Origin: an uncultured virus (IMG/VR IMGVR_UViG_3300020044_003647)
Taxonomy: Duplodnaviria; Heunggongvirae; Uroviricota; Caudoviricetes
DNA: 20,000 bases
Strand: one strand, 5' to 3'
Virus record (IMG/VR): IMGVR_UViG_3300020044_003647
A program made the position numbers and the translations under genes. The number at the start of each line of letters is the position of its first letter. Position 1 is the first letter of the stretch. The notes under the pieces were generated by a model. It saw nothing but the letters and a program-made list of their open reading frames with translations. It searched no databases and was not told the origin of the DNA. This document shows, one piece after another, positions 1 through 7,720 of this stretch.

Positions 1-277
1 CTATAATATAAGATGCATAAGGCAAATATTCAACCATAGTCCATTGTATAACCATTGGTTTAATATAGTCGTTTACAAGCGACAAATAAGGCTCTTGCAA
101 ATCACTATCTAATATATCATCACTAATTTTATTAAATAGTTTAGTGCCTAAATAATTTTGAATGTAAATATCTTGCGCTATTTTAACGAACTGAATAAAT
201 TTATCTACATCAACGTTTCCGTTTAATGCAGTGAATCTTTTTACATCGTCTGTACTTACAAAAATTGCTATTGCCAT
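1..277 (-). CDS. Partial (runs off window) head-tail adaptor-like protein, DUF6712-like
   Basis: Not in the ORF track. Manual translation from ATG 277: MAIAIFVSTDDVKRFTALNGNVDVDKFIQFVKIAQDIYIQNYLGTKLFNKI...YIKPMVIQWTMVEYLPY, open to the window edge. Starts 7 nt after the portal stop. Family call from recalled motif. Confidence 0.7.
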   Translation of the reverse strand, partial: MAIAIFVSTDDVKRFTALNGNVDVDKFIQFVKIAQDIYIQNYLGTKLFNKISDDILDSDLQEPYLSLVNDYIKPMVIQWTMVEYLPYASYII

Positions 278-284
278 AGTTTAA

Positions 285-2009
285 TTAGTTTGGGTAAAAT
301 CCCTCGTTAGGCATATCTTTAGGCATCATTGCCACTTCTTTTGGATTTCTAACTCTATATCCTGCTTGTTCTGCTTTTGCTACTGAAATAGTTGTAGCGT
401 TTGGATTTGTAACATCTACTTTTACTCCGCTTACATAAGTTTGACGCACCCATTTATGATGACATCTTGCTCCACCTTTGAACAAAAACAAATTGTAAGA
501 TTGTCCGTTGTGTCCAAATCCTGCGTTAACTGCATTTGAATCAGTATTTACAATATCCTCTTTACGATAAATCTTATCGCTAGACATCATTTTTTTACAG
601 AAATCTCTTTGCGGGTTTGTGCTGCCAGTATATTTATAACGAGTTATAAAATTTAAACCCTCTATTTTTTTATCTTGTTCGCTTTTGCTGTTTGGTCTAG
701 CTGTTATAGCTTTGGCAAACTTTTGAAATAAACTAGGATTTTGTTCTTTGTTTAGTCTTTCAATCTCGGCATCAAAATCATTTTCTAGTTCTAAATCAAC
801 ATCACTTTCATCGATTAAAATCCAATCAGCACCAACGCTTTCTCCTTTATTAATTAAAGCGTCTGCAAATTCAAAAGGCGTTTCTACTTCGCTGGATAAT
901 GCGGTTGGCGCAGGTGTTGCTTTTGTAAGTTCACCATCTACGCTTAAAGGTTGCAAAGAAGTAAAAATTAAATTCAAACTTGTTTCTGCTTCAATCTGAA
1001 TAATATCAAGCGTGTCAAGTATCATTTGTTGAAATGGTTTGATAGTCATATTTTCGTAAAGGATATGACTATTTTTTAATTCATCGGCATTACTAGAAAA
1101 TCCAGTACTTGTAGCAATTCCAAATAATAAAGGCGATGTTACATTATGCCCCAACATAATCTTATGCATCGCCTCCTCACTTACATATTTATAATGTTCC
1201 GGAGCATCGTTTAAAGGTATGCTATCAACGGTGGTTTTTTTAGTTTCATCTGAATTAAATCCTATTACTACCTTTTTCCCATTTGCTCCCGTTAATGTTC
1301 TCTCAGTTTGAGCAACCATTAACTCCATTTTTTCAGGATCAGGCACACCATTATTAAAATTAACTACCGTTGTAGGACTAAAAGAATTTTGCACCTCGTT
1401 AATAAGGTAATCTGCCACCTCTTTTTCTAGCACACAATAAGGCAAAGAACCGTAATAATCTACGTTTGAGTAATATTTTTGTCCTACGGTGTAATTTCCA
1501 CCCTTTAAAATCTGTATTTGACCGCCAAAACCAAAGGCAGGAATTGGTTGTGGTGGGAATTTTTTAGTATCTGCCCAATTATCTGAATAAAACCACGTGT
1601 CTATTTCGCCTTTTTCATTGCATTTACCCGCTCTTAATAACTGAAAAGGCACGTGTTCAACTTGCACAAGTCTTTTCTGACCGTCGTAAATCATCTGAAA
1701 AGCATAATTACCTAACATTTTAGCGTCTGTAATTACATTTTTTATAGTTTCTTTGCTTACTAACGATAAAAATCTAGCGTATTCGTTAGGTCTTAATCTG
1801 CCATCGGTTGCACTCAATCCTTTTCCGTACGCCAATTTAACAAAATTGTTTATAATTGCGCTATTTGTAGTGCTTGAATTATACAAATCAATCAAATAAT
1901 TAAACTGATTGTTTGTATCTCCAAACTCAACCCAGTCCTTTGTTTTGCTTTCGGTTATCTTTGGACTTTTGTAGCTTTCTAATTGAATAAATCTTACGTT
2001 ACTGCTCAT
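285..2009 (-). CDS. Portal protein with C-terminal extension (MuF/head-morphogenesis-like)
   Basis: Portal-like motifs WVEFGDTNNQFNYLIDLYNSSTTNSAII, NSFSPTTVVNF, LTGANGKKV, IMLGHNVTSPLLFGI, IKPFQQMI. After a TPAPT linker comes a domain with RDFCKKM and KGGARCHHKW. Confidence 0.85.
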   Translation of the reverse strand: MSSNVRFIQLESYKSPKITESKTKDWVEFGDTNNQFNYLIDLYNSSTTNSAIINNFVKLAYGKGLSATDGRLRPNEYARFLSLVSKETIKNVITDAKMLGNYAFQMIYDGQKRLVQVEHVPFQLLRAGKCNEKGEIDTWFYSDNWADTKKFPPQPIPAFGFGGQIQILKGGNYTVGQKYYSNVDYYGSLPYCVLEKEVADYLINEVQNSFSPTTVVNFNNGVPDPEKMELMVAQTERTLTGANGKKVVIGFNSDETKKTTVDSIPLNDAPEHYKYVSEEAMHKIMLGHNVTSPLLFGIATSTGFSSNADELKNSHILYENMTIKPFQQMILDTLDIIQIEAETSLNLIFTSLQPLSVDGELTKATPAPTALSSEVETPFEFADALINKGESVGADWILIDESDVDLELENDFDAEIERLNKEQNPSLFQKFAKAITARPNSKSEQDKKIEGLNFITRYKYTGSTNPQRDFCKKMMSSDKIYRKEDIVNTDSNAVNAGFGHNGQSYNLFLFKGGARCHHKWVRQTYVSGVKVDVTNPNATTISVAKAEQAGYRVRNPKEVAMMPKDMPNEGFYPN

Positions 2010-2340
2010 TGGTTACAAATTGGTTAGTCGTTACTCTTTGCGTGTAAACGTCTTTATTAATTGTATAGTCTAATATTGTTTGATCGGTGCAAATTATCAT
2101 ATCGTGTAGCACTAAATCTCCTGCTGTGTTAAACGCTTCAAATGTAAGTTTATCATTTACAGTTAAAGTCATAGATGCGTTTAAAAGCACAAAGTAATAT
2201 TTCTGTAAATACACCTGACTTTTAGTAAAATTGTAAGTTGTATTGTCTAAAACATTTTTAATAACAATAGTCGCTACATCATTTCCAATAGGAATGAATT
2301 TAAAAGTATGCAACGCATTGTCAGGGTTTGCTGTCATCAT
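1999..2340 (-). CDS. Hypothetical virion protein (possible head-closure/connector)
   Basis: 113-aa ORF directly after a promoter motif, overlapping the portal start. Function inferred from position only. Confidence 0.55.
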   Translation of the reverse strand: MMTANPDNALHTFKFIPIGNDVATIVIKNVLDNTTYNFTKSQVYLQKYYFVLLNASMTLTVNDKLTFEAFNTAGDLVLHDMIICTDQTILDYTINKDVYTQRVTTNQFVTNEQ

Positions 2341-2345
2341 ATACC

Positions 2346-2372
2346 TATTATCGTAAAAAAGTGTATTTTGTT
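2346..2372 (-). promoter_or_regulatory. Putative phage late promoter AACAAAA-N11-ACGATAATA (copy 1)
   Basis: Same boxes and spacing as the copies at 5733-5759 and 12965-12991. Lies right after a terminator and 5 nt before ATG 2340. Confidence 0.8.
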
Positions 2373-2379
2373 TTAAATT

Positions 2380-2409
2380 AAAAAAAGCGATAGGGTTACT
2401 ATCGCTTTT
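2380..2409 (-). terminator. Rho-independent terminator after the major tail gene
   Basis: Perfect stem aaaagcgatag (2383-2393) / ctatcgctttt (2399-2409) with a 5-nt loop; T7 tract on the minus strand. Confidence 0.85.
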
Positions 2410-2429
2410 AAGTTTGTTTAGTTTAAGTT

Positions 2430-2957
2430 TTAAGCACCTGCTGTAACTGTAAATCCAGCAGTCGATAAACTCACTCCAATAAAGTTTGCAGGAACTGGCT
2501 CATCACCTGATAACGTAATTGTGTACCCTGACATATCGCCAAGTGCAGCACCAGTTACAAGTGTACCACCCGTTACTTCCATACCTCTAGTTAAACCCGC
2601 ATAAAATAAATTTCCGTTGTTATCTTCTACAATAACCTGCGGTCTTCCGTATGCCATCAACTTTAATTCTTTGTGCATTTTTGGCGTTAATGTTTTCAAA
2701 GCCAACTCAACTACTTGCTCAAAATAAGTCGTTCCGTTGTTACGGTCAGATTTAATATTTTGTACAAAACTTGAAGTTCCTTTCAAATCATATTTAAACG
2801 CTACTGGCGTACCTGCAACCGCATCGATAACATCTGTATCTGTTGCGTCATAAGTGTACCCAGTTGCATCACCATCGTTTACAAAATAAACAGCCTTTAA
2901 ACCGCCTATAACGTCTTTGCAAACTTCTTTTCTTCCTAGTGTTAAATCACAAGCCAT
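2430..2957 (-). CDS. Major tail tube protein (175 aa; start corrected from 3005 to 2957)
   Basis: MACDLTLGRKEVCKDVIGGLKAVYF... with NNGTTYFEQVVEL, VIVEDNNGNLFYAG and TGAALGDMSGYTITLSGDE, typical of Bacteroidota-phage tail tube proteins. The ORF-track ATG at 3005 would read through a terminator hairpin. Confidence 0.75.
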   Translation of the reverse strand: MACDLTLGRKEVCKDVIGGLKAVYFVNDGDATGYTYDATDTDVIDAVAGTPVAFKYDLKGTSSFVQNIKSDRNNGTTYFEQVVELALKTLTPKMHKELKLMAYGRPQVIVEDNNGNLFYAGLTRGMEVTGGTLVTGAALGDMSGYTITLSGDEPVPANFIGVSLSTAGFTVTAGA

Positions 2958-2971
2958 AATATATTTTGTAT

Positions 2972-2999
2972 AAAAAAAGGTGGCGTTTGTTGCACCACC
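2972..2999 (-). terminator. Rho-independent terminator after the major capsid gene
   Basis: Minus strand GGTGGTG-caacaaa-CGCCACC-TTTTTTT: 7-bp stem with one G-U pair, then T7. Confidence 0.8.
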
Positions 3000-3022
3000 T
3001 TTCAAGTTATTTAATCAGTTAC

Positions 3023-3979
3023 TTAGTTTACAGAGTTAACGATTCCGTAAGTTACAATTTCCTCAACGATTCCGTATTGAACTCCGCCAGTCATTCTCAT
3101 AACAATTCTTACGTTTTGTGATCCGTCGATGTCTGCCATATCAATAACTTTTACTTCGTTAGTATCGTTTAACAAACCAGTTCCAAAATAAAGGTTTTCG
3201 CTTTGTGCAGCAACCGCTGTATTGGCAGCTAAACCTTGTGTCATTTCTAGTTTAACACCGTCAAACATTAAACCACTACCCATTGAATACCATTGTGTAC
3301 CTTTTGTGTCTGTACCTGACGAACCAACTCCGTTAGCTGCATAACCGCCCAACGCTCTGATGTATGCTTTGTAAATGTTTTGCGCTACAAAGATTGTTAA
3401 ATCTTCTTTTCCGTACAATGTCGCAGGAATAGCATCTACAATTTTTCCAAGTTCTGCTATAACGTTTGTAGCGTCAACGGTTGTTCCTGTAATTTCGTTT
3501 GCAGTAGGTAATGCAGCATCAAGAGACAAAAGGGTAGTAAATCCGTTAAATTGTCCGTTTGTTGCAGCAACACCTCTCCAAATGTTTACCTCGTTTTCGG
3601 CAGCTACTTTAGCAACGTGATTCGCTACTAAGAAATCTGCAAAACTTGGAGGCAAAGTATCAAAAGCAGAATAACCCATTGATACCGCATCCCAATCAGA
3701 ACGGAAATCTTTTTTACAAAGTTGGTTATTTACTTGTAATTCTTTTGGCTCTAAAATACGCTCGGTCAATGTGATTGTTCCAGTAGCGTCAAAGTCGCAC
3801 GTTCCATCTTTCAACAAAGAACCTTGTGTTAATTTCTTAACTACTTCTTTATATTTGATGTTTGGTTTAATTGTAACCAATCCTTTCTCTAAGGTTGGAG
3901 CAGAAAGCAATGCTGCTGAGATATATTTCCCTGCTGATTCTCCTGCGTAAGTCGTTGTAATGCTAGTTGTTGTTGACAT
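3023..3979 (-). CDS. Major capsid protein
   Basis: 318 aa after protease and scaffold and followed by a terminator. Motifs TTYAGESAGKYISAALLS, LTERILEPKELQVN, LCKKDF, NLYFGTGLLND, DGSQNVRIVMR. Confidence 0.85.
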   Translation of the reverse strand: MSTTTSITTTYAGESAGKYISAALLSAPTLEKGLVTIKPNIKYKEVVKKLTQGSLLKDGTCDFDATGTITLTERILEPKELQVNNQLCKKDFRSDWDAVSMGYSAFDTLPPSFADFLVANHVAKVAAENEVNIWRGVAATNGQFNGFTTLLSLDAALPTANEITGTTVDATNVIAELGKIVDAIPATLYGKEDLTIFVAQNIYKAYIRALGGYAANGVGSSGTDTKGTQWYSMGSGLMFDGVKLEMTQGLAANTAVAAQSENLYFGTGLLNDTNEVKVIDMADIDGSQNVRIVMRMTGGVQYGIVEEIVTYGIVNSVN

Positions 3980-4006
3980 TTAGTATATGTATTTTTTGAT
4001 TAATGA

Positions 4007-4429
4007 TTATGCTTCTGAAGCCCAAATTCCAACACCACCAACGATAAACCATTTTGTCAATGCTACTGCTTTTAGTATAACATAGTCGCCATTGTTTGCG
4101 GTTGCTTTTGTGTTGTTTAATTTTTTACCTACTACCCCACTTGCTACTGCGTCTGCTGCTGCGTTTGCAATACTTCCGTTAATTCCATCTGTTGAAGACG
4201 GATCAATTGATAGCAATACAGCTCCGTCTGCTCCGGTGTTTCTAAATGAAAATTCCATTCCGATAGTTTCGGCTGTAATTGTTGGTAAATTTAAAACGAT
4301 AGCGTCTGTTGCTACGTTGTAAGTTCCTGACGCATCTGCTGCTGTAAAAGTAGTAGTTGCAGTAACCGTTGTTTCTTTTGAACGACTTAATAAAGGATCG
4401 TTACTTACTGATGTGATTGTTCTTGACAT
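4007..4429 (-). CDS. Putative capsid decoration/cement protein
   Basis: 140-aa Ala/Thr/Gly-rich, beta-type protein (LNLP..IGMEFSFRN..GDYVIL..W) between scaffold and capsid genes. Inferred from position and composition. Confidence 0.5.
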   Translation of the reverse strand: MSRTITSVSNDPLLSRSKETTVTATTTFTAADASGTYNVATDAIVLNLPTITAETIGMEFSFRNTGADGAVLLSIDPSSTDGINGSIANAAADAVASGVVGKKLNNTKATANNGDYVILKAVALTKWFIVGGVGIWASEA

Positions 4430-4435
4430 TGTTGT

Positions 4436-4999
4436 TTAGTTTTTTGAAAATAGTTTTTTATAAATTCTGTCTTGTGTTGTTTCAGGTCTTTTGCTATGTA
4501 GCAAATTAACTTCCACTTTCTTTTCGTTTTCAGGATTGTAAACCAAAGGCGCAGGAGCGGCAGATAATTGAACTTTCAATTCGTTTAATTCCGCTTCTAA
4601 TTTTGCGTTTTTTGTTTTCTCAACTTCCAACTCTTGTTCTTTTGCGAAAAAAGTTTCTTTAGAAACTGATTCAACAATTTTTTTAGGTGTTGCTTCCATT
4701 TCAGGTGCAACAATTTCCTCAGGTGTTTCAGCACTTGCTTCTTCTACTTCCGCACTTGCCTCTTTAACCTCTTTGATAATTCCCTCTTGTTCAACTACGA
4801 TAATCGCACCGTCTGCAGTTGTGTACTCGCCAACTGGCATAGCAACAATTCCCGTTTCAGATACAATACCAATCGAATAATCAGGCTCAAAAGATTCCGC
4901 TTCAACAACGGTAACACCATCTTCCAACTTCATCTGCTCCAATTTAACTTGAATAGATAAAATTGCTTTGATTTGATTTAACGTTTTTTTGTACTCCAT
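4436..4999 (-). CDS. Putative capsid scaffolding protein
   Basis: Acidic, with a PVGEYTTADG motif and a C-terminal coiled coil. Sits between protease and capsid genes. Confidence 0.65.
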   Translation of the reverse strand: MEYKKTLNQIKAILSIQVKLEQMKLEDGVTVVEAESFEPDYSIGIVSETGIVAMPVGEYTTADGAIIVVEQEGIIKEVKEASAEVEEASAETPEEIVAPEMEATPKKIVESVSKETFFAKEQELEVEKTKNAKLEAELNELKVQLSAAPAPLVYNPENEKKVEVNLLHSKRPETTQDRIYKKLFSKN

Positions 5000-5005
5000 T
5001 TTGAT

Positions 5006-5158
5006 TTATAAATTAATAATTACACTCGTTCCTTGATTCTCTAATGAACCAATACCTTGATTGATTAACTCGCCTTTGCAGCACTCACGGCTGTACGTTT
5101 CCTCATCTGCACACAAACACCCTCTTTTATTATTTGTCGGACTTGAATTATTTTTCAT
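5006..5158 (-). CDS. Small Cys-rich protein (50 aa), not in ORF track
   Basis: MKNNSSPTNNKRGCLCADEETYSRECCKGELINQGIGSLENQGTSVIINL*. Overlaps the protease stop and fills the gap to the scaffold gene. Confidence 0.75.
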   Translation of the reverse strand: MKNNSSPTNNKRGCLCADEETYSRECCKGELINQGIGSLENQGTSVIINL

Positions 5159-5714
5159 TTTCTAGAATTTTTTTAATTTGTTCTATTAAATTCTGCTCCT
5201 CTTTCATCTGCATTTTGTCTGCAAAATAACCCTCGATTGAAAATCCTTTTACCTTTCCACTTTTAACATCTTCCCAAACTGCATCGTTATTACATTTCAT
5301 CGAAATCATCCACGTGCCTACTGGAACGTCAAAACCGTGAAAATTAGATTTGTCTTTTTCTTTGTCTTCAACAATCCAGCTTTCTGTCACGGTCATTCCG
5401 TCAATCTCTTTTTCGTGTTGCTGTGTAGCGTTAGATTGATTGTTATTTATAAAAAATAACTCAGATGCTTTGCGTACTGTTTGCTCACTAAAAAATACAT
5501 AAAACTCCTCGCCATTTTCTTTTCTGTAAATCTTTTTATTTGGAATTAAAGCTGCACCCATTAAGATTTTTTTCTCGATGTTTACTTCTTTTAATTCTAC
5601 TTCTAATTGTGATGAAAGCGCAATAAAATCAGATTCGATTGCAGGTCTATCTACTACTGAAATAGCATCTATACCATCTTTTTCGTTATCAATTACAAGT
5701 TCTACAATCTTCAT
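5148..5714 (-). CDS. Prohead maturation serine protease, XkdF / Peptidase_S78_2-like
   Basis: AISVVDRPAIE, GAALIPNKKIYR, QQHE, ESWIVED, VPVGTWMISMK, W..VKSGKVKGFSIEG. Confidence 0.85.
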   Translation of the reverse strand: MKIVELVIDNEKDGIDAISVVDRPAIESDFIALSSQLEVELKEVNIEKKILMGAALIPNKKIYRKENGEEFYVFFSEQTVRKASELFFINNNQSNATQQHEKEIDGMTVTESWIVEDKEKDKSNFHGFDVPVGTWMISMKCNNDAVWEDVKSGKVKGFSIEGYFADKMQMKEEQNLIEQIKKILENEK

Positions 5715-5732
5715 TTTTTAGTGCTTTTAAAA

Positions 5733-5759
5733 TATTATCGTTAAATAGTTTGTTTTGTT
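5733..5759 (-). promoter_or_regulatory. Putative phage late promoter AACAAAA-N11-ACGATAATA (copy 2)
   Basis: Intergenic between tape measure stop and protease ATG (18 nt upstream of the ATG). Exact match to the other two copies. Confidence 0.8.
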
Positions 5760-5765
5760 GTATTT

Positions 5766-7598
5766 TTATCCTAAACTCGCATTTCTAATAATGTTTCTGT
5801 CTAGTGATTGCCCAGTTGTTACATCGCTCGGCACTACAAAAGCCTTAACGGGTGTTTGATCTTTTGTTGCCATTATTCCCGCTAATTGATTAACTCCGCT
5901 ATTTCCTACGACATTAAATTGTGGTGCGCTTCCACCTCCACCACTATCTCCACCTGCTGCTCCACCTGCCGATGGTGCACCGCCACCACCTAACGCACCT
6001 AACGCTTTTGCTGTTGCTGCTAAATTGGCTGCTATTCCAATACCTGCTCCAACTTTATTCATTACTATTTCGGCTGCTGCTAATGCTGCACCTCCAGGCA
6101 ATAAAGAATATTTTAATCTTGCTGCCGAATTTGCTGCATTTGTGTTTACTATAATTTTCGCTATACCTGCTGCACTTTCAGCAACCAATAAGGCTTTTTG
6201 AATTGCCTTATTTTTTATACCCAAAGTTTGCAATAAGTTTATACCTCTGCTTATATTATCTAATCCTGCGTTTTGTATTGCTAGTTTTGCATCGGCTACT
6301 GCTTTTGCGGTATCTATTTCGTCTTTAGCATCTTTATCTGTTTTTGCTTTTTTATCAGCATAATATTTATCTTGACCTTGTAATTTAATATCGTTAACCT
6401 CATTCATTTGCGCTATTTCTAGCGTGTCAATTTCTTCTTGTGTTCTGCCTTGCTGTTTTGCTAACTCTATTAATCTAAAATATTTATCATTTACAGCTGT
6501 TATTTCCGCTTGTTCTTTTGTTACTAAAAACTCCGCTTGTTTGTCTTGTGCATCTGAAAGAACTTTTGTTATTTCGTTTTCTAAGGCAACCACATTTTCT
6601 AATTGCGCTTTTTTTAATGCCTTAATTTGTTCTATTTCTTTATTTCTAGCATCAGATATTTCTTTATTTCTAGCTGTTCTTTTATCGTGTGCCTCTTTTT
6701 GGTCGGCTTCCATTTGAGCATTAAGTTGCTTTTGTTGCTTATTAGCTGACCGCAATATTTGTGCGCTTTCCGCTTCTAAATTTAGTATTTCAGCTTTTGC
6801 GTCTGCAATCGCATCTAGTCTTTCATCTGCTGATGCTTTTTTATTTAATTGCGCTGCTCTTAATGTTTTACGTGCGTTTTCTAAAGCGTCTTTTGTATAT
6901 TCTGCCTCGCCTTTTCTTATGTCCTCAATTGCTTTTTTCTTTTGCGCGTAGGTTGCATTTTCATCTGAAAGCAATTCTTTTGATTCGGCTAGATTTTTAT
7001 TTAATTCAGCACGTGCAACTTTTAGACCACGCATCGCATCGCCAACCTCTTGAAGTAATTTAGCTGCTTCTGCTCCTTTTTTAAACTCGGCAGCAATCTC
7101 ATCACCCACTCCCGAAATAGCACTTTTTGCATCTTTAACCGCACCGCTAAAATCACCTGAAAAGAATTTTGCCAACGCTTCGCCAAACTTTAAAAACCTA
7201 TCACGAACAACAACCATCACGTTAGACAATCCGCTCATCATTTGCTCCAACTTATCTGCTCCCTCATCGGTTGAAGTAAAGGCTTTATACAACGCAGTAA
7301 GTCCTAACACAAGCGCAGCAATAACAGCACCGATAGGATTTGCAACCATCGCCCACATTTGGGTTAATACTGCACCAAATCCTTTTTCTGCTCCTGCTAG
7401 TGCTGGGTTTAATTCGGTAACCATATTTTTAATAGCACCAAATGAATTTCCTGCTGCACCCGCTTTACTTAAAGAGTTGCCTACTTTGTCTGCGCTTTTA
7501 TCAACGCTTTGAATAGCTGTATTTAATTGCTTAACATCTTGCGTTGTTTGGTCAATATTACTATTAACTTGTAAGTCTACTATTTTTGTGATAGCCAT
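5766..7598 (-). CDS. Tape measure protein
   Basis: 610 aa, Ala/Lys-rich helical coiled coil with hydrophobic ANPIGAVIAALVLGLTALY, a Gly-rich linker and a C-terminal PQFNVVG...PVKAFVV..DVT motif. Confidence 0.8.
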   Translation of the reverse strand: MAITKIVDLQVNSNIDQTTQDVKQLNTAIQSVDKSADKVGNSLSKAGAAGNSFGAIKNMVTELNPALAGAEKGFGAVLTQMWAMVANPIGAVIAALVLGLTALYKAFTSTDEGADKLEQMMSGLSNVMVVVRDRFLKFGEALAKFFSGDFSGAVKDAKSAISGVGDEIAAEFKKGAEAAKLLQEVGDAMRGLKVARAELNKNLAESKELLSDENATYAQKKKAIEDIRKGEAEYTKDALENARKTLRAAQLNKKASADERLDAIADAKAEILNLEAESAQILRSANKQQKQLNAQMEADQKEAHDKRTARNKEISDARNKEIEQIKALKKAQLENVVALENEITKVLSDAQDKQAEFLVTKEQAEITAVNDKYFRLIELAKQQGRTQEEIDTLEIAQMNEVNDIKLQGQDKYYADKKAKTDKDAKDEIDTAKAVADAKLAIQNAGLDNISRGINLLQTLGIKNKAIQKALLVAESAAGIAKIIVNTNAANSAARLKYSLLPGGAALAAAEIVMNKVGAGIGIAANLAATAKALGALGGGGAPSAGGAAGGDSGGGGSAPQFNVVGNSGVNQLAGIMATKDQTPVKAFVVPSDVTTGQSLDRNIIRNASLG

Positions 7599-7720
7599 TT
7601 TGCTGCTGTTTTAATTTGTTTCCAATTTTTAGGAAATTGATTTTTACCTTTTGCTATTGCGATTAACTCTCCGCTGTTGTTTGGCACTTCTCTAAGAAGT
7701 GTAAATATTTGTTTAAGCAT
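7580..7720 (-). CDS. Small basic protein (46 aa), not in ORF track
   Basis: MLKQIFTLLREVPNNSGELIAIAKGKNQFPKNWKQIKTAAKWLSQK*. Overlaps both neighbouring genes, suggesting translational coupling. Confidence 0.65.
   Translation of the reverse strand: MLKQIFTLLREVPNNSGELIAIAKGKNQFPKNWKQIKTAAKWLSQK

Noticed and set aside
2958..3005. ORF-track N-terminal extension MKGGATNATFFYTKYI of the tail tube gene
   Set aside because: It is the translated terminator hairpin and U-tract. ATG 2957 (MACDL) is the more plausible start.
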